This document shows positions 8,433-16,462 of a stretch of 17,260 nt of DNA, piece after piece. Every line of letters begins with the position of its first letter. Position 1 is the first letter of the stretch. The notes under the pieces were generated by a model, which was not told the origin of the DNA, ran no database searches, and saw only the letters and a program-made list of their open reading frames with translations. The DNA comes from Elusimicrobiota bacterium. Its GTDB lineage: Bacteria; Elusimicrobiota; Endomicrobiia; CG1-02-37-114; JAHJSO01. The stretch spans positions 1 to 17,260 of the forward strand of contig JBDRQF010000040.1 in assembly GCA_043826435.1 (NCBI GenBank). The letters are read 5' to 3'. The position numbers and the translations under genes are program-made.

Positions 8433-8929
8433 TGAAAGATAATATTTTCGGTTCTGGTTCTCCGGAATACAAGGAAACGGTAATCAGAATTAATAGGGTC
8501 ACAAAGGTGGTTAAGGGTGGCAAGCGGATTTCTTTTAATGCCGTGGTCGTCGTCGGTAACCAGGCGGGCTCGGTGGGTGTTGCAATGGGTAAAGCCAAAG
8601 AAGTCCAGATGGCCATTAAAAAGGCGGTTTACAGGGCTAAAAAGATTATGGCTAAGGTTGCAATGCTTAACAACTCTATCCCTCACAGAATATACGGCAG
8701 GTGCGGCGCAGCGAGAGTTCTGCTTATACCGGCTGCAACGGGTACGGGCGTTATTGCAGGCGGCAGTGTCCGCGCTGTCCTGGAGGCAACGGGGATTAAG
8801 AACATACTGAGCAAATCACTGGGGTCGCGTAACCCTATAAACGTTGCATACGCGACGATGGATGGGTTAAAGAACCTGCGGACAAAAGAGCAGATTGATT
8901 TGTTAAGGGGCATGAAAGGCAGGGAATGA
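8432..8929 (+). CDS. rpsE: 30S ribosomal protein uS5
   Basis: INRVTKVVKGGK, GKAKEV, GTGVIAGG, SKSLGS motifs. Confidence 0.99.
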   Translation: MKDNIFGSGSPEYKETVIRINRVTKVVKGGKRISFNAVVVVGNQAGSVGVAMGKAKEVQMAIKKAVYRAKKIMAKVAMLNNSIPHRIYGRCGAARVLLIPAATGTGVIAGGSVRAVLEATGIKNILSKSLGSRNPINVAYATMDGLKNLRTKEQIDLLRGMKGRE

Positions 8930-9381
8930 TGAACCTTACGGACTTAAAACCCGCTGCAGGGTCCACACACAAGAAAAAGATTCTAGGGCATGGCCGCGGC
9001 AGCGGTCACGGCGGTTCGTCCACCCGCGGAACAAAGGGGCAGAAATCAACCTCGGGAGGCGCCAGGGCGTCGTGGTTTGAAGGCGGACAGATGCCGCTTC
9101 TCCGTCGTATACCGAAGCGGGGTTTTACGAACAAGCCATTCAGAAAGGATTACGCCTGCGTTAACGTAGGCGTACTTGAAATAAAATTTTCCGGCGATAC
9201 CACTGTTACGCCGGAGTCGCTTTTTGAAAACGGGCTTATTACAAGAAAAACAGTGCTGGTTAAAATACTCGGGAACGGGGATATCAGGAAGCCCTTAAAA
9301 ATCAGGGCTCACAAGTTTTCAAAACAGGCCCTTGAAAAGATAAATGCCTGCGGCGGAACCGCTGAAACAATAAAATGTTAA
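8926..9381 (+). CDS. rplO: 50S ribosomal protein uL15
   Basis: GRGSGHG, RGTKGQKS, FEGGQMPLLRRIPKRGF, KILGNG motifs. Confidence 0.98.
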   Translation: MMNLTDLKPAAGSTHKKKILGHGRGSGHGGSSTRGTKGQKSTSGGARASWFEGGQMPLLRRIPKRGFTNKPFRKDYACVNVGVLEIKFSGDTTVTPESLFENGLITRKTVLVKILGNGDIRKPLKIRAHKFSKQALEKINACGGTAETIKC

Positions 9382-10703
9382 GGTCATTCCTGGACATATT
9401 CAAAATACCGGAACTTAAAAGAAAGGTCTTATATACGTTAGGGATATTGGCTGCTTACAGGGTCGGGGCAGCAGTGCCGATACCGGGGGTTAACCCTGCG
9501 GCGCTCAAGTCGCTCTTTGAAGCCCACAGTAATTCATTGTTAGGTTTTCTGGATATGTTTTCAGGTGGCGCGATGAGCCAGTTGTCAATATTCTCCCTGG
9601 GGATTATGCCTTACATAAACGCATCAATTATAATATCCCTGCTGCAGGGGGCGCACGTCGTTCCTTACCTTGATTATCTTGCGAAGGAAGGTGAGTCGGG
9701 CAGGAAGAAAATATCCCAGCTCACAAGGTATGCCACCGTCCTGTTGGGTACGGTCCAGTCGTTCGGGCTTACCGTGATGATATCAAAGATGCCTACGCCC
9801 GGCGGCATGCAGGTGGTTAATGACCCGTCGGCATATTTTACGTTTATGACGGTAATTACCCTTATAACCGGGACAGTGCTCGTTATGTGGCTGGGTGAAC
9901 AGATAACCGAATTCGGCATCGGCAACGGCATCTCGTTAATAATATTTGCAGGGATTGTTGACCGTCTCCCCGGGGCGATAAAAGATTTCTTCAGGTTGGT
10001 CCGCCTTGAAGAAATATCACTGCTCACCAGTTTGTTTTTGATAGTCCTTGTGCTTGCCGTAATCGGTTTCGTGGTATGGGTTGAAACCGCGCAGAGGAAG
10101 ATCCCCGTGCAGTACGCAAAGAGGATAGTAGGCAGAAAGATGTACGGCGGCTCAAGCACTTTCCTGCCGTTGAAGGTTGACCAGGCGGGTGTTATAGCGG
10201 TTATTTTCGCTGTCTCGGTGCTGTCGGCGCCGCTTACAGCCCTGCAGTTTTTCCCGGATAATAAACTGGCGCAGATGCTTATGCAGTTCTGGCGCAGGGG
10301 TTCGTTGTTGTACGAAGTAATATACGCTCTTCTTATTGTATTTTTTTGTTATTTCTATAATTCAATTATTATAAACCCGCAGGAACTTGCCGAGAATATG
10401 AAAAAGTGGGGTGGTTTCATCCCGGGCATAAGGCCCGGCGATACGACCGCTAAATACATACAGCGCATAATTGAAAGGATAACGCTCGGCGGGGCGATTT
10501 TCATCGTTGCGGTGGCTGTGCTCCCGGACTTTTTACAGGCGTGGTTCAACGTGCCGTTTTTCTTCGGTGGGACCGCTTTGCTCATTGTGGTAGGCGTTTC
10601 ACTTGACACGATCGGGCAGTTGGAATCGCAGATGATAATGAGGCACTACGACGGTTTCCTGAAGCAGGGCAGAATAAAGGGTAGATGGTTTAATATAAAA
10701 TAA
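9375..10703 (+). CDS. secY: Preprotein translocase subunit SecY
   Basis: SIFSLGIMPYINASII, WLGEQITEFGIGNGISLIIF, IPGIRPG, GGTALLIVVGV motifs; many hydrophobic segments. Confidence 0.99.
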   Translation: MLRSFLDIFKIPELKRKVLYTLGILAAYRVGAAVPIPGVNPAALKSLFEAHSNSLLGFLDMFSGGAMSQLSIFSLGIMPYINASIIISLLQGAHVVPYLDYLAKEGESGRKKISQLTRYATVLLGTVQSFGLTVMISKMPTPGGMQVVNDPSAYFTFMTVITLITGTVLVMWLGEQITEFGIGNGISLIIFAGIVDRLPGAIKDFFRLVRLEEISLLTSLFLIVLVLAVIGFVVWVETAQRKIPVQYAKRIVGRKMYGGSSTFLPLKVDQAGVIAVIFAVSVLSAPLTALQFFPDNKLAQMLMQFWRRGSLLYEVIYALLIVFFCYFYNSIIINPQELAENMKKWGGFIPGIRPGDTTAKYIQRIIERITLGGAIFIVAVAVLPDFLQAWFNVPFFFGGTALLIVVGVSLDTIGQLESQMIMRHYDGFLKQGRIKGRWFNIK

Positions 10704-11368
10704 TGAACCTTGTTCTCCTCGGAGCGCCCGGTTCCGGTAAAGGGACGCAGGCGGAATTAATATCAAAGAAATACGGTTGGCCGCACATATCAACCGGAGA
10801 AATATTCAGAAATATAAAGGCAGGCAAAAGTTCTTTGGCAGAAGCAGTTAAGGGTTACATAGATCGCGGTCAACTTGTCCCCGATAGTATAACGGTTGAC
10901 ATAGTTGAACAGCGGATTTCCGAAAGCGACTGTGAAAGAGGGTTTTTGCTTGACGGTTTTCCGAGGAGCATCTACCAGGCGGAAATACTTGGCGTTTCGT
11001 TAGGCCGCAGGGGCATGGGTATTGACTGCGTTTTGTATCTGGCCTTGCCGGACGAAGCGATAATACGGCGATTGGAGGCAAGGCGGGTGTGCCCCGGATG
11101 CGGCAGGGACTACAACCTGGTAACCCAGCCGCCGAAAGAAAACGGGAAGTGCGATGCCTGCGGGACGCAGGTTGCAAGACGGGTTGACGATAATATAAAA
11201 ATCATTCGGGAAAGATTGAACGTTTACAGGAAAGAAACACAGCCGCTCGTTGATTATTACATCAAAAAAAAAGTACTGTCGGAAATAGATGCCTCAAAAA
11301 CGATTGAAGAGGTATCCGTTTCTGTCAAGGAATTTATAGATTTAAAGTGCGATGTTCATAGAACTTAA
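10703..11368 (+). CDS. adk: Adenylate kinase with Cys4 zinc-type LID
   Basis: P-loop GAPGSGKGTQA, LLDGFPRS, LID CPGC...CDAC. Confidence 0.98.
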   Translation: MNLVLLGAPGSGKGTQAELISKKYGWPHISTGEIFRNIKAGKSSLAEAVKGYIDRGQLVPDSITVDIVEQRISESDCERGFLLDGFPRSIYQAEILGVSLGRRGMGIDCVLYLALPDEAIIRRLEARRVCPGCGRDYNLVTQPPKENGKCDACGTQVARRVDDNIKIIRERLNVYRKETQPLVDYYIKKKVLSEIDASKTIEEVSVSVKEFIDLKCDVHRT

Positions 11369-12125
11369 AACGCCTCAAGAGATGGCCGTTATGGACGATG
11401 CTGGCAGAATAATAACCCAGATACTCAGGAGCGTCCGACGAGGCGTCCGGGACGGCATGTCCACAAAGGAACTTGAAGACATAGCGGTTGAAGAGATGCA
11501 GAAATACGGCGTAGAGCCGGCTTTCCTCGGGTTCAGGGGTTTCCCGGCAAACATTTGCGTTTCATTAAACGAGGAACTTGTCCACGGGATACCGGACAGG
11601 ACGAGGAGAATAAAAGACGGGGATATAGTCAAGGCGGACATAGGCATAAAGCACAAGGGTTTTTGTGGCGATATAGCGGAAACTATTCCCGTCGGCAAGG
11701 TCTCGCCGGAAATCCGGAAATTGCTGGCAGTTACTTACGGGTGTTTTAACGAAGTGATGAAACATGCAAAGCAGGGCAACCGACTGGGAGATGTTTCCGG
11801 CAATATCCAGAAGTACGTTGAAGGCAACGGTTATTCCGTAATAAGAGAATACGTAGGGCACGGCATAGGCAGAAACCTTCACGAAAAACCCGAGGTCCCG
11901 AATTTTGGTTTACCGGGCATCGGGCCCAAACTTGCAGCAGGGATGGTGCTTGCGGTAGAGCCGATGGTCGCAGCGGGCGGATGGAAAACGAAAACATTAA
12001 AGGATAACTGGACGGTTGTTACCGCAGACGGCGGGCTGTGCGCCCACTTTGAACACATGGTTGCAATAACGGAAAACGGCCCCAGGTTTATGACGGAAAT
12101 GGACCCGCCCGAACCTTATGAATAA
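11352..12125 (+). CDS. map: Methionine aminopeptidase type I
   Basis: [33 protein letters not shown] motifs. Confidence 0.98.
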   Translation: MFIELKTPQEMAVMDDAGRIITQILRSVRRGVRDGMSTKELEDIAVEEMQKYGVEPAFLGFRGFPANICVSLNEELVHGIPDRTRRIKDGDIVKADIGIKHKGFCGDIAETIPVGKVSPEIRKLLAVTYGCFNEVMKHAKQGNRLGDVSGNIQKYVEGNGYSVIREYVGHGIGRNLHEKPEVPNFGLPGIGPKLAAGMVLAVEPMVAAGGWKTKTLKDNWTVVTADGGLCAHFEHMVAITENGPRFMTEMDPPEPYE

Positions 12126-12336
12126 AGAAGAAAAAATTTTTGTTGAAGGGAGAGTAATGGAGTCCCTGCCGAACGCAATGTTCAGGGTGGAGACGGCGGC
12201 GGGGCATAAGATACTGGCGCACCTTTCAGGAAAGATGAGAATGAACTACATAAAAATATTGCAGGGCGATAGAGTTAAGGTGGAACTGTCTCCCTATGAC
12301 CTTACCAGAGGGAGGATCGTTTACCGGGAAAAATAA
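12118..12336 (+). CDS. infA: Translation initiation factor IF-1
   Basis: [39 protein letters not shown] motifs. Confidence 0.99.
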   Translation: MNKEEKIFVEGRVMESLPNAMFRVETAAGHKILAHLSGKMRMNYIKILQGDRVKVELSPYDLTRGRIVYREK

Positions 12337-12371
12337 TCATCCTAAAAATAAAAACCGGGAGAATAAAGACA

Positions 12372-12485
12372 ATGAAAGTAAAGGCGTCTGTAAAGAAAAT
12401 ATGTCAGAAGTGTAAAATAATTAAACGCAGGAACATAGTGTGGGTAATATGTTCCAACCCGAGACATAAACAACGGCAGGGGTGA
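12372..12485 (+). CDS. rpmJ: 50S ribosomal protein bL36, zinc-binding form (not in the ORF track)
   Basis: Manual translation [37 protein letters not shown], 37 aa. Confidence 0.98.
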   Translation: MKVKASVKKICQKCKIIKRRNIVWVICSNPRHKQRQG

Positions 12486-12562
12486 AACATCATACATGGA
12501 TTGGCAAAACCACTATGTTAAATATTGCACAGGTACTTAAATGGCAGGAGGTATAATTAATT

Positions 12563-12970
12563 ATGGCAAGAGTCGCAGGAGTGGATTTACCTAAGGACAA
12601 GAAAATTGAGATTGGCCTTGCATATGTTTACGGCATAGGCAAGGTAATATCAAAAAGGATTATTTCTACAACCGGTATAAATCCCGATACAAAGGTTAAG
12701 AATCTTACCGAAGAGGAAATAGGAAAACTGAACAGTGAGATAGCGGCCAATTACAAGGTTGAAGGTGACCTGAGGCGGGAAATCCAGCAGAATATTAAAA
12801 GGTTGATTGAAACCGGGTCATACAGGGGGATGAGACACAGACGGAACCTCCCTGTGCGCGGGCAGAGGACAAAGACCAATGCCAGGACAAGACGCGGCAA
12901 GAGAAGGACAGTGGGTGCAGTAGCTGTAAAAGCGAAGAAGGCAGCGGCGAAGGCCCCGCCAACTGTGTAA
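12563..12970 (+). CDS. rpsM: 30S ribosomal protein uS13
   Basis: [37 protein letters not shown] motifs; AGGAGG SD at 12546-12551. Confidence 0.99.
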   Translation: MARVAGVDLPKDKKIEIGLAYVYGIGKVISKRIISTTGINPDTKVKNLTEEEIGKLNSEIAANYKVEGDLRREIQQNIKRLIETGSYRGMRHRRNLPVRGQRTKTNARTRRGKRRTVGAVAVKAKKAAAKAPPTV

Positions 12971-13005
12971 TTAATTCAGAAAGGACAACAATCGGGGGCA
13001 ACAAA

Positions 13006-13389
13006 ATGGTCATTAAGACGAAAACAAAAAAGAGGGTATGGGCAGGCGGCACAGCCAGGGTATATATTCATTCTTCTTTCAACAATACGATAGTTACCAT
13101 TACGGACGAAAAAGGCAATGCCATCATTTCGGCAAGCGCGGGCTCGTGCGGTTTTAAGGGCACAAAAAAGGGAACGCCGTATGCCGCGCAGGTTGCCGCC
13201 AGCCAGGCCGCCCGTAAAGCCGTAGAACTCGGCGTCCGGCAGGCGTCTGTGTTCGTAAAAGGGCCCGGCTCCGGCAGGGAGGTCGCCATAAGGTCTCTCC
13301 AAGCGGCGGGACTGTCAGTCAATTCCATAAGGGATGTTACTCCGATTCCACATAACGGTTGCAGGCCACCGAAACCCAGGAGGGTTTAA
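13006..13389 (+). CDS. rpsK: 30S ribosomal protein uS11
   Basis: [42 protein letters not shown] motifs. Confidence 0.99.
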   Translation: MVIKTKTKKRVWAGGTARVYIHSSFNNTIVTITDEKGNAIISASAGSCGFKGTKKGTPYAAQVAASQAARKAVELGVRQASVFVKGPGSGREVAIRSLQAAGLSVNSIRDVTPIPHNGCRPPKPRRV

Positions 13390-14013
13390 ATGGGACGATA
13401 TACAAGAGCTTCTTGCAGGTTGTGCCGCAGGGCGGGCGACAAACTTTTTCTTAAGGGCGAAAAGTGCCGTACAAAGTGTACGCTTGAAAAAAGGAAAAGT
13501 AAACCCGGCATTCACACCAGGTCCAGGTCAATGAGGAAAGCCAGTGAATACGGGAGACGTTTTAAGGAAAAACAGAAGGCGAAACAGATCGCCTGTCTTA
13601 CAGAAGAGCAGTTCCGCAATTATTTCAGGAAGGCGCAGAAGATGTCCGGCGAGACAGGGCAAAATTTATTGCTTCTGCTTGAGACCCGCCTTGACAACGT
13701 TGTGAAACTTATGGGGTTTGCGCCATCAATGAGATTTGCAAGGCAGGTGGTAGTGCACAGGAACGTAAAGGTGAACGGTGTAACAAAGGCGATATCGGCC
13801 TACAGGGTCAAGCCGGGCGATAAGGTGTCCATAGACGGCAGGTTTAAGGAAAACCCGGCACTCGTCAGGTGGGCGGAGCGTTTTACAAACGTCCCTTCGT
13901 GGCTTACCGTTGACAGGGAAAAACTCACGGGGGAGGTTGTTGCGCTGCCACAGAGGGAGGAGATATCTTACCCTGTGGAAGTTTCATTAATCGTTGAGTT
14001 GTATTCTAAATGA
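13390..14013 (+). CDS. rpsD: 30S ribosomal protein uS4 with four N-terminal cysteines
   Basis: CRLCRR...LFLKGEKCRTKC, LETRLDNVV, LIVELYSK motifs. Confidence 0.98.
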   Translation: MGRYTRASCRLCRRAGDKLFLKGEKCRTKCTLEKRKSKPGIHTRSRSMRKASEYGRRFKEKQKAKQIACLTEEQFRNYFRKAQKMSGETGQNLLLLLETRLDNVVKLMGFAPSMRFARQVVVHRNVKVNGVTKAISAYRVKPGDKVSIDGRFKENPALVRWAERFTNVPSWLTVDREKLTGEVVALPQREEISYPVEVSLIVELYSK

Positions 14014-14029
14014 GTTGTATTCCAAATAA
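13995..14029 (+). repeat. Tandem 16-nt duplication of the rpsD 3' end
   Basis: TGAGTTGTATTCTAAA (13995-14010) then TGAGTTGTATTCCAAA (14011-14026) plus TAA; both encode ELYSK*. Confidence 0.9.
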
Positions 14030-14040
14030 GAGGGGGGGGG

Positions 14041-14129
14041 CAAAACAAACATCCAACTGGCGGTTTTATTAATTGTTTTGGCTAATTTATGAAAAGATGA
14101 TTAGGAAGGCGCTAAGAGGTTAACGCACG
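14041..14129 (+). repeat. Dispersed ~90-nt intergenic repeat, copy 3 (rpsD-rpoA spacer), more diverged
   Basis: CAAAA start, TTTTATTAATTGTTTTG block and GAAGGCGCTAAGAGGTTAACGCACG core, collinear with copies 1 and 2. Confidence 0.85.
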
Positions 14130-14146
14130 GGGAGGCAATAAACATA

Positions 14147-15127
14147 ATGGAAAACTCAGAATTAATTTTTCCTCAGAAGTTGGTCGCCGAGAAACAAGAC
14201 GGCAAATACGGTAGATTTATCGCAGAGCCGTTTGAGCGCGGTTTCGGCCATACGCTGGGGAATTCACTCAGGCGGATGCTTCTTTCAAGTTTGGAGGGTT
14301 CTGCGATTACATCCTGCAGGATACGAGGCAGCGACCACCAGTGGGTAAAACATGAATTTGACACCATCAAAAACGTGAAAGAGGATGTAATGCAGATAAT
14401 TTTGAATCTTAAAACGATAAGGTTAAAGACATATACTCAGGGGCCTGAAACGCTTACCTTGTCGGTTAAAGGCCCAAAAACGATAACGGCAGCCGGGATA
14501 AAAGAAAACCCGAATGTGGAAATACTTACCACCGACCAGGTTATAGCGACGGTCGGGGCGGGCGGCTCCATTGAAATGGAATTAGAGGTCAACCGCGGCA
14601 GGGGGTATGTAACCGCCGAAGGTAACAAAAGGCCTTATCACTCCGTAGATACCATACCTATGGACGCGCTCTTTTCTCCCGTGATTAAAGTTAATTATCT
14701 GGTTGAAAACGCAAGGGTCGGGCAGAGGATAGATTACGACCGCCTGATAATGGAGGTATGGACTGACGGCAGCATAATGCCGGCGGACACACTTGCATAC
14801 GCTTCAAAAATAATCAGGGACAGTTTTGCGGTTTTCCTCGGCGAAGAGAAAAAAGAGGAAGCGTCGTCGTCGCCGATTGAAGTCATTCAGCAGGAAAAAT
14901 TAAAAGAACTGCTTGACCAGCCCATAGAGATACTCGGTCTTTCGTCCAGGCCGTTCAACTGCCTTAAAAGCGCCCAGATAAAGACGCTGAAAGACCTCGT
15001 CTCAAAGCAGGAAGACGAGGTTGTAAATTTACGCAACCTCGGGGAAAAATCGGTTGACGAAATAAAGGAAAAACTTTCGGAACATAACCTGACGTTCGGC
15101 ATGGCCGGCGGGGAGCAAGGGCAATGA
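14147..15127 (+). CDS. rpoA: DNA-directed RNA polymerase subunit alpha
   Basis: EPFERGFGHTLGNSLRR, RGRGYV, DALFSPV, alpha-CTD NLGEKSVDEI motifs. Confidence 0.99.
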   Translation: MENSELIFPQKLVAEKQDGKYGRFIAEPFERGFGHTLGNSLRRMLLSSLEGSAITSCRIRGSDHQWVKHEFDTIKNVKEDVMQIILNLKTIRLKTYTQGPETLTLSVKGPKTITAAGIKENPNVEILTTDQVIATVGAGGSIEMELEVNRGRGYVTAEGNKRPYHSVDTIPMDALFSPVIKVNYLVENARVGQRIDYDRLIMEVWTDGSIMPADTLAYASKIIRDSFAVFLGEEKKEEASSSPIEVIQQEKLKELLDQPIEILGLSSRPFNCLKSAQIKTLKDLVSKQEDEVVNLRNLGEKSVDEIKEKLSEHNLTFGMAGGEQGQ

Positions 15128-15429
15128 TACCATATCTTGTTAACATGACGGCCCACCTGTTCATTTATGAAAAAATAAACACCACCCTGGCCAGGGCGAA
15201 GAAACTCAAATCATACGCTGAAAAACTAATCACCATTGGCAAAACAGACAGCGTCAATTCAAGGAGAATAGCGACTTCAAAGATCCGCGACAAGCAGGCA
15301 GTCAAAAAGTTGTTTGAGGTCATCTCAAAGAGGTATGCCGATAGAAACGGCGGCTGCATCCAGATATTCAAACTGGGTTTCAGGCAGGGGGATTCTGCCC
15401 CGCTTGCCATTGTCCGACTAATACAGTAA
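15124..15429 (+). CDS. rplQ: 50S ribosomal protein bL17, N-terminally shortened
   Basis: [35 protein letters not shown] motifs; follows rpoA with ATGA overlap. Confidence 0.95.
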   Translation: MIPYLVNMTAHLFIYEKINTTLARAKKLKSYAEKLITIGKTDSVNSRRIATSKIRDKQAVKKLFEVISKRYADRNGGCIQIFKLGFRQGDSAPLAIVRLIQ

Positions 15430-15430
15430 A

Positions 15431-16459
15431 ATGTTTGATTTCCTTTTCGGTTTGTTTTCAAATGACGTCGGTATTGACCTTGGCACGGCCAGCGTGCTGG
15501 TTTATGTCAAAGGGCAGGGTATAGTCCTGCGCGAACCGTCCGTTGTTGCCGTTGAAAGAGAGACAAAGAACGTAGTGGCGATAGGTGTTGAGGCGAAGAG
15601 AATGCTTGGCAAGACGCCCGCCAACATCATAGCGGTAAGGCCTCTCAGGAACGGCGTAATAGCCGATTTTGAGATAACCGAGAAGATGATAAGGTATTTT
15701 ATAAAGAGAGTCCACAACCGCAAGAGTTTGCTGCACCCCCGCGTAGTTATCGGGATACCGTCGGGCATTACTGAGGTTGAAAGGCGAGCTGTAAGAGAGT
15801 CGGCCACGCAGGCCGGGGCGAGAGAGGTTTATCTGATAGAAGAACCTCTGGCAGCCGCGATTGGTGCAGGGATGCCCATACAGGAGCCCCAGGGGAATAT
15901 GATAGTTGACATAGGCGGTGGTACCACGGAGGTCGCCGTCCTTTCGTTGGGAGGAATGGTAATATCAAAGTCACTGGGTATTGCCGGGGACGAGATGGAC
16001 GAGGCGATAGTCCAGCACTTCAGGAAGAAGTACAATCTTGTTATAGGTGAGAATACCTCTGAGGATGTAAAGATAAGAATCGGTTCGGTATATCCTCTTG
16101 AAGAAGAACTCTCTGTTGAAGTGAAAGGCAGGAATCAGGTGACGGGACTTCCAATGACCGTCCGGATAGGTTCGGAGGAAGTCCGCCAGGCCCTTTCAGA
16201 TCCGATGAGGGCGATAATTGAAATTATAAAATCAACGCTGGAAGAAACCCCGGCTGAACTTTCCGCAGACCTGGTTGACAGGGGTATAATCCTTGCAGGC
16301 GGCGGGGCATTGCTCAGGGGTATGTGCGACCTGATTTCTCACGAGACGAACCTGCCGGTAAAAATCGCCGATGACCCGCTTACCTGCGTGGGCCGTGGGG
16401 CAGGCAGATATTTGGAAGAACTTGACAACCTGCAGAGAAGCAAAAAAAGTTTCCTATGA
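15431..16459 (+). CDS. mreB: Rod shape-determining actin-like protein MreB
   Basis: [51 protein letters not shown] motifs. Confidence 0.98.
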   Translation: MFDFLFGLFSNDVGIDLGTASVLVYVKGQGIVLREPSVVAVERETKNVVAIGVEAKRMLGKTPANIIAVRPLRNGVIADFEITEKMIRYFIKRVHNRKSLLHPRVVIGIPSGITEVERRAVRESATQAGAREVYLIEEPLAAAIGAGMPIQEPQGNMIVDIGGGTTEVAVLSLGGMVISKSLGIAGDEMDEAIVQHFRKKYNLVIGENTSEDVKIRIGSVYPLEEELSVEVKGRNQVTGLPMTVRIGSEEVRQALSDPMRAIIEIIKSTLEETPAELSADLVDRGIILAGGGALLRGMCDLISHETNLPVKIADDPLTCVGRGAGRYLEELDNLQRSKKSFL

Positions 16460-16462
16460 GAA

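Noticed and set aside
11264..11272. A9 run in adk as a programmed frameshift
   Set aside because: The frame is intact (KKK) and the protein is full length.
12525..12557. TTGCAC...TATAAT as a sigma70 promoter for rpsM
   Set aside because: Spacer is 21 nt and TATAAT lies between the SD and the ATG.
6701..14129. Repeats as a CRISPR array or tRNA genes
   Set aside because: Units are ~90 nt, diverged and separated by whole genes; no cloverleaf, T-loop GTTC motif or cas genes are evident.
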